This document shows positions 60,883 through 64,000 of a stretch of 64,000 bases of DNA, one piece after another; within the stretch, counting starts at the first letter, position 1; the number at the start of each line of letters is the position of its first letter. This stretch comes from Zancudomyces culisetae HAW-14-8. Taxonomy: Eukaryota; Fungi; Kickxellomycota. The DNA lies in assembly GCA_052426225.1 (NCBI GenBank), contig JBNJNM010000015.1, forward strand, positions 124,001 to 188,000, in the 5' to 3' direction. The translations under genes were made by a program, and so were the position numbers. The notes under the pieces were generated by a model. That model searched no databases. It was not told the origin of the DNA and saw only the letters and a program-made list of their open reading frames with translations.

Positions 60883-61767
60883 ATGATTAAAACACTAAGG
60901 ACTGGAAACAATCTGATACTAAAATCCCAATTGGGATTAATTCGAAACTTATCCGGAACGAAAAACCTGTTTTCGGAGGCGAATGCTAAAAACATAAAAC
61001 AAACAAGGGCTACATCCAGAGCACTCGATCCCAAAGACAAGGCAAAATCAAAAATAGTATTCAGTAATAGGGCAAATGGACCTAATTTAGATGATTTTAT
61101 GTTTGTAAACAATCAAAATGCTGAAAAGGTTCCATACTTAGAAACAGTTACCGATTGGGGTGAAAATAGAAAGTTCTTTGTAGAGGTATACGGATGCCAA
61201 ATGAATTTCAACGACACAGAGATTCTTATTTCAGTTATGCAGCAAGCTGGGTATAAAAGAACAATGAAAATGGAGGAAGCAGATGTGGTTTTCTTGATAA
61301 CGGTTAGTTTTATCTATAATACTATTTGTGATGTTTACATTCGAGTACCGATTACTTGTCTTGGAGGATAATAATGTGAACCTTTGACACCCAAAGTCAC
61401 ACCGATATAATTTATTTTACTACTGAAAACATAAGTACGAGTATATTTTAACGCCTTTTACTGCTAACCCTGTATTATTTAGTGCTCCATTAGAGAAAAA
61501 GCGGAAAATAAAATATGGCACAGGCTACATGAGCTTAAGGCGATGAGACAGAAGCGCTCTAAAAAGATATCCAACAGTGATGACAAAGCAGGAATATCAG
61601 GGAAAGCGCCAATGGTTGGCGTACTTGGGGTAATATTTACTATATATTTTCACTTATTTAAAGATCTTAAACAAAATTAGTAGGCAATATGATGCCTTCC
61701 TCCCTCTCAGAGTGGGGATTATCAAGCGCAAATATGGATTTGGTTCAATTTATTGAATTTAACTATT

Positions 61768-61799
<32 letters not shown>

Positions 61800-63304
61800 G
61801 TGTGGTATGGTATGGTATATATGTGTGATGTAGAGATGTTTCAAATAACAATGTATACCTGAATTACCTGAAATAGTGCATGGCCGAAAGATTAAAGGAT
61901 AAGCTACTTGACCAGGACAAGATGGTGGATATAGTGTGTGGTCCAGATGCATATCGAAGTATCCCTCGATTGTTATCCATAAGAAGACTAACTAACCAGG
62001 GAACAGCAAATGTAATGCTGTCAGCGGATGAAACGTACGCAGACATTACTCCTGTACGGTTGGACGAAAACAGTGTTAGTGCGTTTTTGAGCATAATGCG
62101 TGGATGCAACAATATGTGCAGCTATTGTATTGTTCCATTTACAAGAGGTGTAGAACGGAGTAGGGATGTGGATAGCATAGCAGGGGAAGTACATGGGCTC
62201 CGTGAACAGGGCGTCAAAGAAATAGTTCTACTAGGTCAAAATGTGAATTCGTACAGAGATACTTCAGTGAGCAAGCTTTATCCGAGCCTTCCTGCGTTAA
62301 ATGATACTACGGATGTGAATAATGATGGCGGTAACCAATTGAGTCGAGGATTTACATCCCTACACAAGAGAAGAGCGCATGAAAACACGCGCTCATTTGC
62401 GGATCTGTTGGAGGTAGTAGCAAAAGTAGACCCAGAATCACTCCGAGTTTCATTCACTTCGCCACATCCAAAAGACTTTCCTGATAGTGTTCTCGCGACC
62501 ATCCGGGATAATGTCAATATTTCAAGAAATATACACCTTCCCGCACAGGCAGGAAGTGATACTGTGCTACAAAGAATGCGTAGAGGATACACGTTTGATT
62601 CGTATTTAAGATTGGTTGAAAATATTCACAAATTCATTCCTGACGCCACGTTGAGCACAGATATGATTGTCGGATTTTGTGGCGAAACGGACGAAGAGTT
62701 TAAACAGACACTTAGACTTATGGAATTGGTTCAATTCGATATGGCATACATGTTTGCTTATAGGTAAGATAATTTCGTACTATCGAATAAACTATAACCT
62801 TATACTGGATTTCATACTCGATACTCCATCAAGAATATATATAAATATACATTAACTGTAAAAAATACAATTTAACAAAATATAAAATAATAAAATAATA
62901 AAATAAAATAAATCAAAATAAATAGCTTGAGAGAAAAGACTCACGCACATAGAAATTACAAAGATGATGTGAGTCCAGAGGTGAAACAAGAAAGGTTACA
63001 AGCCATGATAGAACTATTTCACACCTTGGCCAGGGAAAAGAATAAGAAATACATCGGGAATAAAGTACTGGTATTAGTAGAAGGTGCGAACTATAACCCA
63101 AATGACCACAAAAGCGTCTATGGAAAAGACCAGTATAACCACAAAGTGTTTCTCCTTCCAGATAGCAATAATCCTACTTCATTTAGCTCGTTCAAAAGGG
63201 GCGATTTTGTAACCGCCAAAGTTATCTCGTCTTCCTCGACTTCCTTGACAGCAGAAGCTATACAGGCGTCGACAATTTCCCAGTATTACAACGCACTTGT
63301 TTGA
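60883..63304 (+). CDS. CDK5RAP1: Mitochondrial tRNA methylthiotransferase CDK5RAP1/MiaB (exons 60883-61302, 61483-61629, 61877-62763, 62926-63304)
   Basis: Presequence-like N-terminus; YGCQMN, T/CSIRE, VLG/CMAERLK; radical SAM GCNNMCSYC; FTSPHPKDF; IHLPAQAG; C-terminal TRAM domain. Confidence 0.95.
61772..61799. repeat. (TG)14 intronic microsatellite
   Basis: Tandem TG in CDK5RAP1 intron 2. Confidence 0.9.
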
Positions 63305-63368
63305 AATGGTATTTAGAACTACGAGTAACTTTGCCTTCACCCATCCCCTCCTCTCCTCACATTCTTTT

Positions 63369-63851
63369 TTAAAGCATAGTCATCAACTGACCATTATACC
63401 TTCTAACCTCGGTCAGAATCTCGTCCAGTATTTCATTACACTTTGTTAGTACGTCTATCTTACTAATAAACGTCCTTCTCCTTATCACTATGTATTCTTT
63501 ACCATGTATCATCATGATCTCTCCCATATTTCCTCCTAACAACGATTCCATGATTCCGATTGTCTTTTTTTTCAGTTCTGTTGCTATGATTTTCATTTCG
63601 TCTAATTTACTCACTGATATTTCTAACAGGATTGTCTCCTTTTTGTTACATTTAATCACAGAGTTTACGTTATCATGAATAATTCTAATCTCATCCAACA
63701 TTTCATCCGATGCTTGATTGTTTACCAAGAAAGCATTATTGACCAGGGCCTCTAAACGCTCCACTACTGTCATTGCCCTTTTTACCGAGTTCACATTAGC
63801 ATTTGCCTCTACCAAGTGTTTTATTCGTCTCAGGGTCTCCAGATATTCCAT
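63369..63851 (-). CDS. Hypothetical helical protein (160 aa)
   Basis: ATG-initiated ORF with protein-like amphipathic composition; no family recognised; could have upstream exons. Confidence 0.55.
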   Translation of the reverse strand: MEYLETLRRIKHLVEANANVNSVKRAMTVVERLEALVNNAFLVNNQASDEMLDEIRIIHDNVNSVIKCNKKETILLEISVSKLDEMKIIATELKKKTIGIMESLLGGNMGEIMMIHGKEYIVIRRRTFISKIDVLTKCNEILDEILTEVRRYNGQLMTML

Positions 63852-64000
63852 AATCTATTTTAAATTCGTGTTAACAGTATGCAATTGAATTTTATTCTTT
63901 CTTGGCTATAATCTGTAAAAATCGGATGAACGGAAGAAAGCTTTACCTGGACTATATCAAACGTTGATCCAATTTTAAATTCTATTTCTGTTGGATCTGT

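Noticed and set aside
61453-61461. GCCTTTTAC, identical to U5 snRNA loop 1
   Set aside because: No flanking stem or Sm site; it lies next to the intron branch point of CDK5RAP1

Overview
AT-rich, gene-dense eukaryotic nuclear DNA with short (about 100-250 nt) GT-AG introns. The gene set is fungal (RDS2/AcuM-type Zn2Cys6-PAS factor, Osh-type OSBP, Rsm27) but keeps genes budding yeast lacks (TMCO1, CDK5RAP1/MiaB, cyclin L, NKAP). This points to an early-diverging fungus; an insect-gut Harpellales-like lineage is my inference. I can support about 26 protein-coding genes, several only visible after manual splicing (TMCO1, cyclin L, full OSH, ISY1, USP30-like, SDO1), and a clear U3 snoRNA (52212-52510). 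The most interesting unexplained signals are two non-coding segments that fold with strand-specific G-U pairing. One is a ~500-nt minus-strand RNA candidate at 3.3-3.8 kb. The other is a ~280-nt plus-strand RNA just upstream of U3, ending in an Sm site fused to a 5' splice site (AATTTTTG/GTATGC), the 3'-end signature of several fungal telomerase RNAs. Other oddities: convergent gene pairs whose coding sequences overlap, a divergent HEM13 with an NLS-like extension, and an intronless F-box-like/ankyrin gene. No transposon, tRNA, rRNA or CRISPR was recognised. Exon boundaries and helices were read by eye and not computed.
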